Virus record (IMG/VR): IMGVR_UViG_3300040856_003054
Span: 32,001 to 96,000 of that record
Direction: 5' to 3' (one strand)
DNA from: a virus
Length of the DNA stretch: 64,000 nucleotides
In this document: piece after piece, positions 10,685-19,956 of the stretch
How positions within the stretch are numbered: the first letter of the stretch is position 1
Layout: each line of letters opens with the position of its first letter
The notes under the pieces: model-generated
The model's database searches: none
The model's input: only the letters and a program-made list of their open reading frames with translations
What the model was told of the DNA's origin: nothing
Position numbers and translations under genes: made by a program

Positions 10685-11857
10685 ATGGCTCCTATTTTTA
10701 CTGGTTTTAGATTTGGGTTTGGTTCTGGTGGTGATGCAATTGTAAATAATTATTTTGGTGATGGTAGTGATGGTGCATTAAACACTAGTGGAAATGTCAC
10801 ATATACTGTATCAAATAAATCTGGAAGTTATGATGGAGACACCGTTGTATTACAATATTCTTCATTAACTGTCAATACTGGTCACATTTTAACAGTTGAT
10901 CAACCTTGCAGGGGATTAGTAATTTATGTTAATGGAAATTGTACTATAAATGGTACAATTAGTATGACATCAAAAGGTGGAAAATCCGATCCGACTTTGA
11001 GTGGGGGTAGTGATTCGTCAACAGTAAGTCCACTAGGTCTCAGGTGGATATTTAAAACACCTACACCAAATGGAGATTCTTTAACCATATCACCAGATCT
11101 TTATTCTGGTTGTGGAAACTTACTCAGAAGTGTTGCAGGTTCTGCTACTCCCATTTCTGATGGAACTATAATGGGAATATCAAGAGATGGATATGGACAA
11201 CCATCTAGACCAGGTGGAGATTCTGGTGGTTTTAATGGAGTATCTTGGACATTTACAAATCCATTTATAGTTGGGTCCGGTTCTGGTGGTGGTGGTGCTT
11301 CACTTCAAAATGGAGCTCCTTATCCTGGAACGGCTGGTGAAGGTGGTCTTGGTGGATGTTTTAGTGGAGGTGCTGGCGGCGGTGCTGCTGGTGGTCCTCC
11401 CTTTCCTGGACCTCTACCAGGCGGTGAAAACTATGGTGGGGCCGGCGGAGCTGCTTATGTTGGAACTAGTTATGCTCCTGCTTATGGTGCAGGTGGTGTT
11501 GGAAATCCTCCTGGAGCTAATGGTGGAGGAACTCCATCTCCTGTAACATCTTATGGAACGGGTGTTGGTGGAATGATAGTTTTAATTGTAGGCGGCACTT
11601 TGACACTTGGTGCATCTGCAAGTATTCAGGCAAAAGGAATCAGAGGACAAACCGTAAATCCTCCTGTTTATTATGGGAAGCCAGGTGGAGCGTCTGGAGG
11701 TGGAAATATAATGATAGTTGCAAAATCTTTCAGTGGTGCAACAGCAGGATCTTATGTTGGTGCAGACCCAACAAGTAAAATTGATGCCGATGGAGGTAGT
11801 GGCAATCCTGGCGGTAATGGTGGTAATGGAGGAATTTTGCTAGCGGAAGTTACCTAA
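10685..11857 (+). CDS. Glycine-rich tail/adhesin-like protein
   Basis: YFGDGSDG motif, extensive GGxGG tracts, GGGNIMIVA. Confidence 0.75.
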   Translation: MAPIFTGFRFGFGSGGDAIVNNYFGDGSDGALNTSGNVTYTVSNKSGSYDGDTVVLQYSSLTVNTGHILTVDQPCRGLVIYVNGNCTINGTISMTSKGGKSDPTLSGGSDSSTVSPLGLRWIFKTPTPNGDSLTISPDLYSGCGNLLRSVAGSATPISDGTIMGISRDGYGQPSRPGGDSGGFNGVSWTFTNPFIVGSGSGGGGASLQNGAPYPGTAGEGGLGGCFSGGAGGGAAGGPPFPGPLPGGENYGGAGGAAYVGTSYAPAYGAGGVGNPPGANGGGTPSPVTSYGTGVGGMIVLIVGGTLTLGASASIQAKGIRGQTVNPPVYYGKPGGASGGGNIMIVAKSFSGATAGSYVGADPTSKIDADGGSGNPGGNGGNGGILLAEVT

Positions 11858-11875
11858 GATAAATGTAAAAATTAT

Positions 11876-11904
11876 TTGACACTTCTAGAAAGTTTCTATA
11901 TAAT
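11876..11904 (+). promoter_or_regulatory. Consensus sigma70-type promoter TTGACA-N17-TATAAT
   Basis: Perfect -35/-10 with a 17-nt spacer, upstream of the oxygenase pair. Confidence 0.85.
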
Positions 11905-11937
11905 AGCGTTGAAGACATTATAGGGAGATGAAATCCG

Positions 11938-12558
11938 GTGGCGATGCAATCAATCTGGTACTACACTGACTTAAATCCAGAAATCATAGATATTCTGGAA
12001 CGAGACCTTTCAGAAAAGTTCGAAGAGCAAATGGCGGACAGTCGTTTACACGGCGACGCATTAAACAAAGATAAAAGAAACTCACAAAACGCCTGGATTC
12101 CAACAACTCATTGGGTTGGTGGATTTGTATGGCATTATATTGAACGAGCAAACCGTGAGAACTTCCTGTATGACCTCCGTTGTATTGATGGAGAATCTAT
12201 GCAGTTCACTAAGTATAGTGAAGGGCAGTTCTATGGTTGGCATAATGATGCAGGACTTGCGACTCAATACAAACCTGTAAGTGTCGGTAATCGTCAAGAT
12301 GGTCTTGCACAAGATTTCTTGAATGAGAACATTGAACTTGTGCGTAAACTTTCATTTGTGGTACAACTAAGTGACCCTGATGATTACGAGGGTGGCAACC
12401 TGCAACTTCTTGATGAGGCAGGACAGAGTTACATTGCACCTCGTAAGCGTGGCACTGTGATTCTGTTTGATTCTCGCACACAACATAGAGTTCTTAAAGT
12501 TACAAAAGGAACCCGTAAGTCACTGGTTGGCTGGACGGTGGGCTCGCGTTGGAAATAG
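11938..12558 (+). CDS. 2OG-Fe(II) oxygenase (prolyl-4-hydroxylase-like)
   Basis: WHND (HxD), RKLS, YEGG.L and HRV..VTKG.RKSLVGW motifs. Confidence 0.9.
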   Translation: MAMQSIWYYTDLNPEIIDILERDLSEKFEEQMADSRLHGDALNKDKRNSQNAWIPTTHWVGGFVWHYIERANRENFLYDLRCIDGESMQFTKYSEGQFYGWHNDAGLATQYKPVSVGNRQDGLAQDFLNENIELVRKLSFVVQLSDPDDYEGGNLQLLDEAGQSYIAPRKRGTVILFDSRTQHRVLKVTKGTRKSLVGWTVGSRWK

Positions 12559-12594
12559 GACCCCGATGGAAGTAACACTATAAGAGGTTAAATT

Positions 12595-13317
12595 ATGGCA
12601 GAACAAATGAGCGAACTGCAACTGATGATGCAGGAAAGGATGAATACGGGAACTGCATGGACTCGTAACGAATCCTTTGAAAAGAATGGATATTTGGTGA
12701 TTAAAAATCTGTGGGACCCAGAAGAACTTTATCATCCTCTTCCACAAGAACGTGGACAGATGAACTGGTGGGGTAAAAAAATGGACCAGTTTACTCATAG
12801 TGAAGTGGAAATGCAAGTTGAAGGTTCACTTGCGCGTTATTGGCACCCACAATACCGTCAGATTCATTGTGGTATTCGCACAAAACTAGAAGAAGCACTG
12901 GGTCGTAAACTTTATAATACTTATTATTACGATCGCTACTACTTCCCAGGTCAGGAACTTACACGTCACGCAGACCGTGATGCTTGTGAGATTTCAGTAA
13001 CAGTTCATATCAGCACTAACCTAGAAGGAAATGATGGTGATTGGCCTATCTGGATTAAAACTCCCGATACCTATGCTGATAAGAAAAAGACACAAGTTCT
13101 AGTTCCTGGTGAGAATCGCTCTGTGATTCTGAAAGCAGGTGACGGAATGGTTTACAAAGGTTGCGAACGCCCACACTGGCGTGATGTGATGCCTGATGCA
13201 AAAAGACGTAAGAAACTGTTTGGTAAGAGTCCTGAACTTTACTATCACCAAATCTTTTTTCATTATGTCTTACAAGATGGCCAACGTGCTCAATGTGCTT
13301 GGGATCGTGCCCGGTAG
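12595..13317 (+). CDS. 2OG-Fe(II) oxygenase-like protein
   Basis: L.RHADR.ACEIS, GD...YKGC...HWR and QIFFHYV motifs. Confidence 0.85.
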   Translation: MAEQMSELQLMMQERMNTGTAWTRNESFEKNGYLVIKNLWDPEELYHPLPQERGQMNWWGKKMDQFTHSEVEMQVEGSLARYWHPQYRQIHCGIRTKLEEALGRKLYNTYYYDRYYFPGQELTRHADRDACEISVTVHISTNLEGNDGDWPIWIKTPDTYADKKKTQVLVPGENRSVILKAGDGMVYKGCERPHWRDVMPDAKRRKKLFGKSPELYYHQIFFHYVLQDGQRAQCAWDRAR

Positions 13318-13392
13318 AGATAAATAATATGACTGACTGGTTGTCACTATTGTAGTCGAATAAATAACTAAAAGAGATTATAGCGAAAAGAA

Positions 13393-14148
13393 GTGGCACT
13401 TAATTTTCCTAGTTCTCCTACCATAGGAGATGTTTATACCGATACAACATCAGGGTTCTCCTATGAGTGGGACGGTACTGTATGGAAGAGTTATACACCA
13501 GCAAGTTCAAGTAATATTAGAGTATTAGATGATATTTCTGGTTCTTTTAATGGAAGTCAAAATACATTTTCACTTACTGTTTTAGGAACAGCATTAACAC
13601 CAACAAATGCACAACAACTTAGAATAGTTCTTGGTGGTGTTGTGCAGGGCCCAGGTACTGATTACACCGTAAGTGGTTCAAGTATATCTTTTACAACACC
13701 TCCAACAGGAGGTCTTTCTTTCTCTGGAGTATCTTTAGGACCTTCAATTCCTGTAAGTGTTCCTGGTGATGGAACTGTAACACCTGCAAAATTATCAACA
13801 GGTGGACCTTTTTGGAATACAAATGGGGATCTTTACATTGCTGGTATTAATACTATTCAGACATTAGATGTCAATGGTTCCGCTGATTTATCGCAATTAA
13901 ATGTAACTGGAGTTTCCACCGTTGGTATTGTCACTGGTGCGACTTATTATGGTGACGGATCAAACCTAACTGGTGTCATCAGTGGTGTAGGAATTGCAAC
14001 CGAATCCGGACTTGTAGGATCTGGAGCAACAGTTCTTGACTTTAGGGGAGCAGGGATTTCTACAGTCACTGTTTCTTCTGGTATTGCAACCGTTAATATT
14101 GAGGGTGGTGATGTTGGAATTAATCCTATTAATTATATTATATTTTAA
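13393..14148 (+). CDS. Tail fibre-associated structural protein
   Basis: MALNFPSSP..GD, LDDISGSFNG and YYGDGSNLTG motifs; TAAATA upstream. Confidence 0.75.
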   Translation: MALNFPSSPTIGDVYTDTTSGFSYEWDGTVWKSYTPASSSNIRVLDDISGSFNGSQNTFSLTVLGTALTPTNAQQLRIVLGGVVQGPGTDYTVSGSSISFTTPPTGGLSFSGVSLGPSIPVSVPGDGTVTPAKLSTGGPFWNTNGDLYIAGINTIQTLDVNGSADLSQLNVTGVSTVGIVTGATYYGDGSNLTGVISGVGIATESGLVGSGATVLDFRGAGISTVTVSSGIATVNIEGGDVGINPINYIIF

Positions 14149-14174
14149 TTCTAAATAAAATAAAGTAGAAAAAA

Positions 14175-14549
14175 ATGGCAGCACCAAACATAGTTAGAGT
14201 ATCTTCAATTATTGGGATGACGACAGCAGTAGGATTAAGCACTACTACAGATGTTGTTTTTCTTTCAAATGGAGCTTCTAGTGGGAAGGTTTTTAAAATT
14301 AATACGATAACAGCAACAAATATTGATGGAACAGATAATGCAGATATTACTGTGAGATATAATTTATCTGCAGCGGGTGCAGGTAGTTCTGTTCCTATTG
14401 CATATACTATTAGCGTTCCTGCAGATTCTTCTCTTGTTATTATTGGAAAAGATACACCAATGTATCTTGAAGAAAATAGGTCACTCACTGCACAATCATC
14501 TGCAATAGATGATATTGCTATTATGTGCTCGTATGAAGAAATTTTTTAA
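14175..14549 (+). CDS. Conserved virion structural protein
   Basis: MAAPNIV...YLEE...SYEEI family; TAAATA upstream. Confidence 0.65.
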   Translation: MAAPNIVRVSSIIGMTTAVGLSTTTDVVFLSNGASSGKVFKINTITATNIDGTDNADITVRYNLSAAGAGSSVPIAYTISVPADSSLVIIGKDTPMYLEENRSLTAQSSAIDDIAIMCSYEEIF

Positions 14550-14570
14550 TATAATTGAGGAAATAAAAAA

Positions 14571-15440
14571 ATGACCAAATATGTAGGAAATTATATTGGA
14601 TTTTCTAGTAATCCAAGCTTATATCAAGCTAGTGGTATTTGGAATAAATTTAATCAATATTTTTATAAAAAATTAAAGAGTTGGCCATATGCTGATGTTT
14701 ACATTGGTGGTGGTGAAGTTGGAATAACTTCTTCTGTCGATAATTATAATTATATTGCATTTAAATCTCCTGGATTTTTAAATGTAGCAAACATAAATCC
14801 CCAGGTTTCAATTGATTATTATGTTATAGCTGGAGGTGGTGGTGGTTCAGGTGGCGGTGGTGGTGCAGGTGGTGTTATATCTGGAACTATTCCAGGAGCA
14901 TCTATTGGAATAGGATCCTATCCGGTAACAGTTGGTGCTGCAGGAAATCCTAGCACCATAATTATTGGAACTGCATTTACCGCAACTGCTGGAGGTAGTG
15001 GAGGATCATATGGATGCGGTGGTAACGGAGGGCCTGGAGGTTCTGGAGGGGGTGGTAGGGCATATTGTGGTGGTGGCCCAAACCCTGCAGGAGCAGGAAT
15101 TCCGGGGCAGGGCAATCCGGGAGGAGATGGGAATACTTCACCACCTTATGGTGGAGGTGGCGGTGGTGGAAAAGGTGCATCTGGTCAGCCTGGAGGAAGT
15201 CATCCTTTAGGTGGAATTGGTGGTGCAGGTATTGGATACACTCAATTTCCTGCGTCCGTTGGTACTCCAGGACCAGATCCAAGCAGAAGATATTTTGCGT
15301 CTGGTGGAAGTGGAAGATCTGATTCTGGCGCTAGAAGTCCTGTTGGTTATGGAACTGGACCAAATAGTGGGGGTGGTGGTAGTGCAGGAGGCGAAGCTGC
15401 AGGATCTGGTATTGTTATAATTAGGTGGTATTTTAATTAA
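14571..15440 (+). CDS. Glycine-rich tail protein
   Basis: IDYYVIAGGGGG...GGGGAGG and a C-terminal GSGIVIIR.Y. Confidence 0.75.
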   Translation: MTKYVGNYIGFSSNPSLYQASGIWNKFNQYFYKKLKSWPYADVYIGGGEVGITSSVDNYNYIAFKSPGFLNVANINPQVSIDYYVIAGGGGGSGGGGGAGGVISGTIPGASIGIGSYPVTVGAAGNPSTIIIGTAFTATAGGSGGSYGCGGNGGPGGSGGGGRAYCGGGPNPAGAGIPGQGNPGGDGNTSPPYGGGGGGGKGASGQPGGSHPLGGIGGAGIGYTQFPASVGTPGPDPSRRYFASGGSGRSDSGARSPVGYGTGPNSGGGGSAGGEAAGSGIVIIRWYFN

Positions 15441-15813
15441 AATATATTGGTTTCCAGTTGTCTAATTCATTATCCCAAATATAATCAGTAGCACCTTCTT
15501 TTGGTTTTTCTATAGGTGGTTCCCATTCTTTTTTCTCCGTATTTAGAATCCAAGAATCGTCCTGTTTTGGTGGAATAAACGCATCTAATTCATCACTATA
15601 AGAGTAACCAGGCCAAGCAAACTTACTTCTAAAATTGTTATTAAAACTTGTTTGTATCCAACGATCACCTACTGATTCTGAAATTGTAGAATAAAGATGT
15701 GGTAATGCTCTTTCTTCATGTTCTACACCATTCTCATCAGTAATCATCTCATTTGGAATTGGAGTTACATAAGTAACAATATTGTCAGCATTAACTCTTG
15801 CGTAGTGTGCCAT
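15433..15813 (-). CDS. Putative tail-fibre assembly/chaperone-like protein (paralogue of 16660)
   Basis: MAHYARV...WIQTSFNNNFR...DAFIPP...W..WEPP. Minus-strand TAAATA at 15847-15852. Confidence 0.8.
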   Translation of the reverse strand: MAHYARVNADNIVTYVTPIPNEMITDENGVEHEERALPHLYSTISESVGDRWIQTSFNNNFRSKFAWPGYSYSDELDAFIPPKQDDSWILNTEKKEWEPPIEKPKEGATDYIWDNELDNWKPIYFN

Positions 15814-15858
15814 ATTTAAATATAATGCATATAAATTTCTAAAAATTATTTAGACCCC

Positions 15859-16548
15859 ATGTTACTTTATTCATATAAAGGAAAAGAACCTGCTCCTTTA
15901 CCAAATCGTATTCGCATGAAAGATGGATCTACAAAGACCTCATTGAATAAATTAAGCAAAAAAGAACTGGAATCTATTGGTTTTTTTGGTCCAATTTTAA
16001 AACCAGAGTATGATAAAGACACTCAAAGATTATATTGGAATGGAAATGAATATGAAATTTCTGACTTAACTAAAGAAGAACTTTCAATGAAAATAGAAAA
16101 TATTAATTATATTAATTTTTGGGAAAAATTTATTAAAACTAATTTTTTTCAAAAACTTCGTAGAGAATCATTAGAATCATCCTTTAAAAATATAATATAT
16201 ACGGAATTAATTTCTATTTTTTGTGAAGCAAGATTTGGAACTCCAAATATTAAAGAAATTCAAAAATATATAGATATTCTATTCTTTGTTTATGAATTTA
16301 CAGAAGAAGAAATTGAAGATCTAAAAAAAAATTTAAAAGAAACAAATTTGAGTTTTCAATATGAAATACCAAGTCAAGAATATATTCTATCAAATACTTA
16401 TAATGTAAGTTTAAATAAAATTATACCAATATCACCATTTCCTTCCTGGATTTTTATAAATGATAAGTGGGAAGCACCAATTCCTTATCCCAATGATGGA
16501 AAAATTTATAAATGGAAAGAAGAGTATAAAAGTTGGATAGAATTGTAA
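15859..16548 (+). CDS. Hypothetical protein with tail-chaperone-like C-terminus
   Basis: C-terminal PFPSWI....WEAPIPYP..GK.Y.W.E....W motif; AT-rich. Confidence 0.7.
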   Translation: MLLYSYKGKEPAPLPNRIRMKDGSTKTSLNKLSKKELESIGFFGPILKPEYDKDTQRLYWNGNEYEISDLTKEELSMKIENINYINFWEKFIKTNFFQKLRRESLESSFKNIIYTELISIFCEARFGTPNIKEIQKYIDILFFVYEFTEEEIEDLKKNLKETNLSFQYEIPSQEYILSNTYNVSLNKIIPISPFPSWIFINDKWEAPIPYPNDGKIYKWKEEYKSWIEL

Positions 16549-16659
16549 ATAATTACCTTTTCTTTTTATTAGATATGCAAAATAAGTAAAATAATAAATT
16601 CTATCAGAACTTCATAGTTCTAAATACTTTCACGCTAACATTTATTCATATAGAGGACT

Positions 16660-17079
16660 ATGGCCCATTTTGCCCAGATTGATGAAAATAATGTAGTTAC
16701 TCAAGTTATCGTTGTGAGTAACGAAGATACTTCTGATTCTAATGGAGTAGAAGTAGAAGAAATCGGAGTTGCATTTTGTAAGAAACTCCTAGGTGCTGAT
16801 ACTCGCTGGAAGCAAACCTCATACAATAACAGTATTAGAGTTCGCTATGCTGGTATCGGTTATATCTTCTCAGAAGAACTCAATGCATTTATCCCACCAC
16901 AACCTTTTGCTTCGTGGATTCTAAATGAAGAAACTGCTGATTGGGAATCACCACTCGGAGCAGCACCAGAACTCACAGAAGCAGAGATTGAAGCTCGTTC
17001 ATTCTATAAGTGGGATGAAGAAAATCTGAAGTGGGTTCTAGAAACACCTCCAGCACCCGAAGAAGCACCTGCTGAATAA
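16660..17079 (+). CDS. Putative tail-fibre assembly/chaperone-like protein
   Basis: MAHFAQID...WKQTSYN...YAGIGY...AFIPPQPF.SW; GAGGA RBS; TAAATA at 16621. Confidence 0.8.
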   Translation: MAHFAQIDENNVVTQVIVVSNEDTSDSNGVEVEEIGVAFCKKLLGADTRWKQTSYNNSIRVRYAGIGYIFSEELNAFIPPQPFASWILNEETADWESPLGAAPELTEAEIEARSFYKWDEENLKWVLETPPAPEEAPAE

Positions 17080-17084
17080 GAATC

Positions 17085-17112
17085 AAAAGGAGGTCTTAAA
17101 CCTCCTTTTTTA
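17085..17112 (+). terminator. Intrinsic terminator
   Basis: AAAAGGAGGT-CTTAA-ACCTCCTTTT plus T-tract. Confidence 0.85.
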
Positions 17113-17138
17113 TTATCTAAATATTTAAAAAAAGACAA

Positions 17139-17474
17139 ATGGCAGCAGTCATAGCAGAAAACTTTGTAATGCAACAAGGAGAAGATTTCTTTAAGGATTT
17201 CGTTTTAACAAATCCGGATAAATCTTTAGTTGGAGTATCTTCATATACATCATCTGCATATATGGCAAAGTATGCAGGGGATACTACAACATATCCATTT
17301 ACCGTTGGTATTACAACAAGTACAAGCACCATTCGTATTTCAATGGCAAATACAGTGACTGCTGCTCTTGATTCTGGTAGATATTATTATAATGTCTTTA
17401 CTGTTGATGGTAGTTCTCAAAAAGTCAAACAAAGAGAGGGTAGTATCATTGTCAATGCGTCTGTTTTGAGTTAA
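17139..17474 (+). CDS. Small virion structural protein
   Basis: QGEDF...L.SGRYYY.V...REG.I.V family; late promoter upstream. Confidence 0.65.
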   Translation: MAAVIAENFVMQQGEDFFKDFVLTNPDKSLVGVSSYTSSAYMAKYAGDTTTYPFTVGITTSTSTIRISMANTVTAALDSGRYYYNVFTVDGSSQKVKQREGSIIVNASVLS

Positions 17475-17517
17475 AATAAATATCTAAACAGTAGTTAAAT
17501 TATATAAGTGGCACTTA

Positions 17518-17575
17518 AGACACTTCAAAAACTGGCACACCAACCTTCCAGAACACCACTGGAAGGTTTTATAGT
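17518..17575 (+). promoter_or_regulatory. Palindrome-type early promoter (first of about 25 copies)
   Basis: AGACACTT-CAAA-AACTGGCAC, spacer hairpin CCTTCCAG/CTGGAAGG, TATAGT 31 nt downstream. Confidence 0.75.
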
Positions 17576-17597
17576 ATCTGGAGACACACAAAGACCG

Positions 17598-17708
17598 ATG
17601 AGGTACTCCACACTAGACAGATTGATTTTTGTCACATCCTTCGTCTGGATGATCCACTGGGGTGTTAAAGTATCCGAAGTGGCAATCAATGCTCTGATGT
17701 TGCCTTGA
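17598..17708 (+). CDS. Small hydrophobic hypothetical protein
   Basis: First ATG after the promoter motif. The ORF-track start at 17508 lies upstream of the promoter. Confidence 0.5.
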   Translation: MRYSTLDRLIFVTSFVWMIHWGVKVSEVAINALMLP

Positions 17709-17761
17709 CTCTACATAAAAGGACTTGATGATGCTTTCATTATACACCAGCGGGTACAACT

Positions 17762-18190
17762 ATGTACTCCCTTGACATCACTGGTTATGGTGCTCGTAAG
17801 AGACGCTGTGAGGACGCTGTAGCATGGTTCCTACAGAAATACCTACCCAGACATCATATCTACATTGAAATGCTTCACAGAGGTCTCCGTAGAGAGCAAT
17901 CCTATGGGTATTGTTCTGTGTCTGGTGCTATCTACAAACCAAGAGAGTTTCTGATTGAGATTGATCCTAAACTTGATCTTGAACTTTATACAAAAACAAT
18001 TCTACATGAAATGATTCACCTACGTCAATGGGTATCAGGAACACTCAAAGAGCGTAGGGGAAAGATGTACTACAAAGACATCAAGTGTGAGGATCTGGAT
18101 TACTGGGAACAACCTCATGAGATTGAAGCACATGGTCTTGAGGAATCCTATTACCACGACTACTTGACAGATACCCATCAATCCGTCTAG
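17762..18190 (+). CDS. Zinc metallopeptidase-like protein (HExxH)
   Basis: TILHEMIHLRQW and Y...PHEIEA motifs. Confidence 0.8.
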   Translation: MYSLDITGYGARKRRCEDAVAWFLQKYLPRHHIYIEMLHRGLRREQSYGYCSVSGAIYKPREFLIEIDPKLDLELYTKTILHEMIHLRQWVSGTLKERRGKMYYKDIKCEDLDYWEQPHEIEAHGLEESYYHDYLTDTHQSV

Positions 18191-18193
18191 AAT
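18164..18193 (+). promoter_or_regulatory. sigma70-type promoter TTGACA-N18-TAGAAT
   Basis: Near-consensus boxes upstream of ORF 18250. Confidence 0.6.
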
Positions 18194-18249
18194 CACCTTT
18201 GTGAGGGTTGATAGAAAAGCTTTAAGAACCTTTAAGACACTTTAAAACA

Positions 18250-18453
18250 ATGATGAAGACCAAGAAACAACTGATTAATGTTCAACCCAAGAGTTCCAAG
18301 GCACGCAATAGGTTCATCAACCAAATGGATTCTCTTCACGCAATGGAAGTGGAGCAGGAAACTGATAGTCAACTCTTTGTCGTTTCTATCAATAAGAAGT
18401 ACTGTTTCTGGTTGAATAAGGAGAATGATTCTAACTGGGAAATTATCAAATAG
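18250..18453 (+). CDS. Conserved cyanophage hypothetical protein
   Basis: V.PKSSKA.NRF.N.M...FW family. Confidence 0.7.
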   Translation: MMKTKKQLINVQPKSSKARNRFINQMDSLHAMEVEQETDSQLFVVSINKKYCFWLNKENDSNWEIIK

Positions 18454-18458
18454 ATAGT

Positions 18459-18644
18459 ATGATTGGATTACTTGCCACAACTATTATCAGTTGCAGTGAT
18501 GCTGTAAGAATTATCAACCGAATTTCAAATGTAATTGGTCTTTCTTATCAACAAAAAATTGAACTGATTCAAGTTATCAATCAACATATTCCAACTTGTC
18601 CCATTAAAATTATTTCTGATGAAAGACCAGAATCCAGTACCTGA
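18459..18644 (+). CDS. Hypothetical protein
   Basis: ORF in a tightly packed operon. Confidence 0.6.
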   Translation: MIGLLATTIISCSDAVRIINRISNVIGLSYQQKIELIQVINQHIPTCPIKIISDERPESST

Positions 18645-18825
18645 TAACGAATCCAAAGATGTAAAGTGGAATCGTGGATTGGACCTTTTTATAGAATCAG
18701 TTCATAAACCTGATAGTGAGCTTCGCCAAGCAGCCCACGACCAACGCTGTTACAATGAACTCCTAGAAGTTCGTGGCACAGTGCTAGAGTACCTTCATAC
18801 ATTAAGAAGGTATGAGTGGCAATGA
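18619..18825 (+). CDS. Conserved cyanophage hypothetical protein
   Basis: WNRGLDLFIESV.KPD..LR motif. Confidence 0.7.
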   Translation: MKDQNPVPDNESKDVKWNRGLDLFIESVHKPDSELRQAAHDQRCYNELLEVRGTVLEYLHTLRRYEWQ

Positions 18826-19058
18826 CAACGCAATACATTTACCTGATTATATTTTTTTGTATAGGATATTTGATTGTTACTGATGCGTCAGTTGCTAAAG
18901 GTTTTTATTTACTCATACAAGTCTTAAAGATTCAGTATGAGAAATACAGATGGATTATTATACATCATCCAAAGACACCTTGGGCGCGTTATTCAATGCA
19001 TCGACGTTCTATGAAACTTGCAGAAGAACTGATGAAAGAACTTGAGGACAGACAATAA
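18822..19058 (+). CDS. Small membrane protein
   Basis: N-terminal hydrophobic helix; ATGA overlap. Confidence 0.65.
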   Translation: MTTQYIYLIIFFCIGYLIVTDASVAKGFYLLIQVLKIQYEKYRWIIIHHPKTPWARYSMHRRSMKLAEELMKELEDRQ

Positions 19059-19103
19059 ACTGTCACAACACCACTTGATTTTCTTGTCAAGTGCTCTTAT
19101 AGT
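19046..19103 (+). promoter_or_regulatory. Palindrome-type early promoter
   Basis: GGACAGAC-AATA-AACTGTCAC, hairpin CACTTGA/TCAAGTG, TATAGT. Confidence 0.7.
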
Positions 19104-19127
19104 ATAAACATTGAAACACCTTTAAAA

Positions 19128-19595
19128 ATGTCTTATTCTGCTGAAGTCAAATTTTCTTTTGACGCTACTTGGACACCATCTTATAGTTCTTCATTTAATG
19201 ATGAGGATTTTATTCCCGAAGAACACTATCTGATTACTGCACCTGCTGCGGATTTGAACGCAAAGCAGTATTTCAAACTGTTTGAGAAGTTCATGCTCTG
19301 TGTGGGTATGAATCCTGCCAGTATTCGTAGTGGTGCAATGTCTCTGGTGTTTAATGATTGGACCAGTGAAGAAGAACAACGCAAGGTTTGTAAGGAATAT
19401 GAACTGACGATGGATGAAGACCTTGATAAGAAGTTTGAAGAATGGAAAGTGCGTGAAGAAGAGATTGCTCGTCTTCAAAAGATTACTGAGGAAACGATTG
19501 CTAAACACTATCAACAATCAGAACCAAAAGTTAAAGGTGATTGGGAATATACTGATGAAGAAGTGAAGCAAATGAACATGGAGAGTGGACAATGA
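19128..19595 (+). CDS. Hypothetical protein
   Basis: ORF directly after the promoter. Confidence 0.7.
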   Translation: MSYSAEVKFSFDATWTPSYSSSFNDEDFIPEEHYLITAPAADLNAKQYFKLFEKFMLCVGMNPASIRSGAMSLVFNDWTSEEEQRKVCKEYELTMDEDLDKKFEEWKVREEEIARLQKITEETIAKHYQQSEPKVKGDWEYTDEEVKQMNMESGQ

Positions 19596-19861
19596 AACTG
19601 ATTTCCTTTAAGCATCGTGAGGATTATGGTGATGAGTGGTATGTTCAAATCCTTCATAACAAACGCTGGGCACTACTTCAAGCATCAGTTTCTTGGAATG
19701 AATTTGCTGCTTGGCCTTATATTCAATTAAAATCAGGTAATGGCAGTCTATTGAATCTTATGTTCTGGGCTTATAAGTTTGGATTTGATATTGATGTTTT
19801 TTCTAGGACCTGGAACTTTGAATACCTTAATGAACTTGATGAGGAAGAAGAAACTAAATAG
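19592..19861 (+). CDS. Hypothetical protein (similar to 22831)
   Basis: ATGA overlap; aromatic-rich. Confidence 0.65.
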   Translation: MKLISFKHREDYGDEWYVQILHNKRWALLQASVSWNEFAAWPYIQLKSGNGSLLNLMFWAYKFGFDIDVFSRTWNFEYLNELDEEEETK

Positions 19862-19865
19862 AAGT

Positions 19866-19916
19866 GCCTTAACTGACCGCAATCTGTAAGGTGGGAGGAG
19901 AGAAATCTCCTCCTTT
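19866..19916 (+). ncRNA. Putative endonuclease-associated antisense sRNA, copy 1
   Basis: TAAATA at 19855; stem GCCTTA/TAAGGT; AACTGACCGCA complementary to leader TGCGGTTAGTT; terminator GGAGGAGA-GAAA-TCTCCTCC-TTT; second TATAAATA at 19921. Confidence 0.65.
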
Positions 19917-19956
19917 GTAATATAAATACTAATGCGGTTAGTTTAAGAGTAGAACT

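Noticed and set aside
13321-13392. TAAATA-hairpin-TAAATA before gene 13393 as another antisense cassette
   Set aside because: No terminator, and the complementarity to the leader (TCACTAT vs ATAGCGA) contains an A-C mismatch; too weak.
19866-19916. Cassette RNA as a tRNA or hammerhead ribozyme
   Set aside because: No T-loop GTTCRA or cloverleaf, and no CUGAUGA/GAAA core arrangement seen. An Rfam search is still needed.
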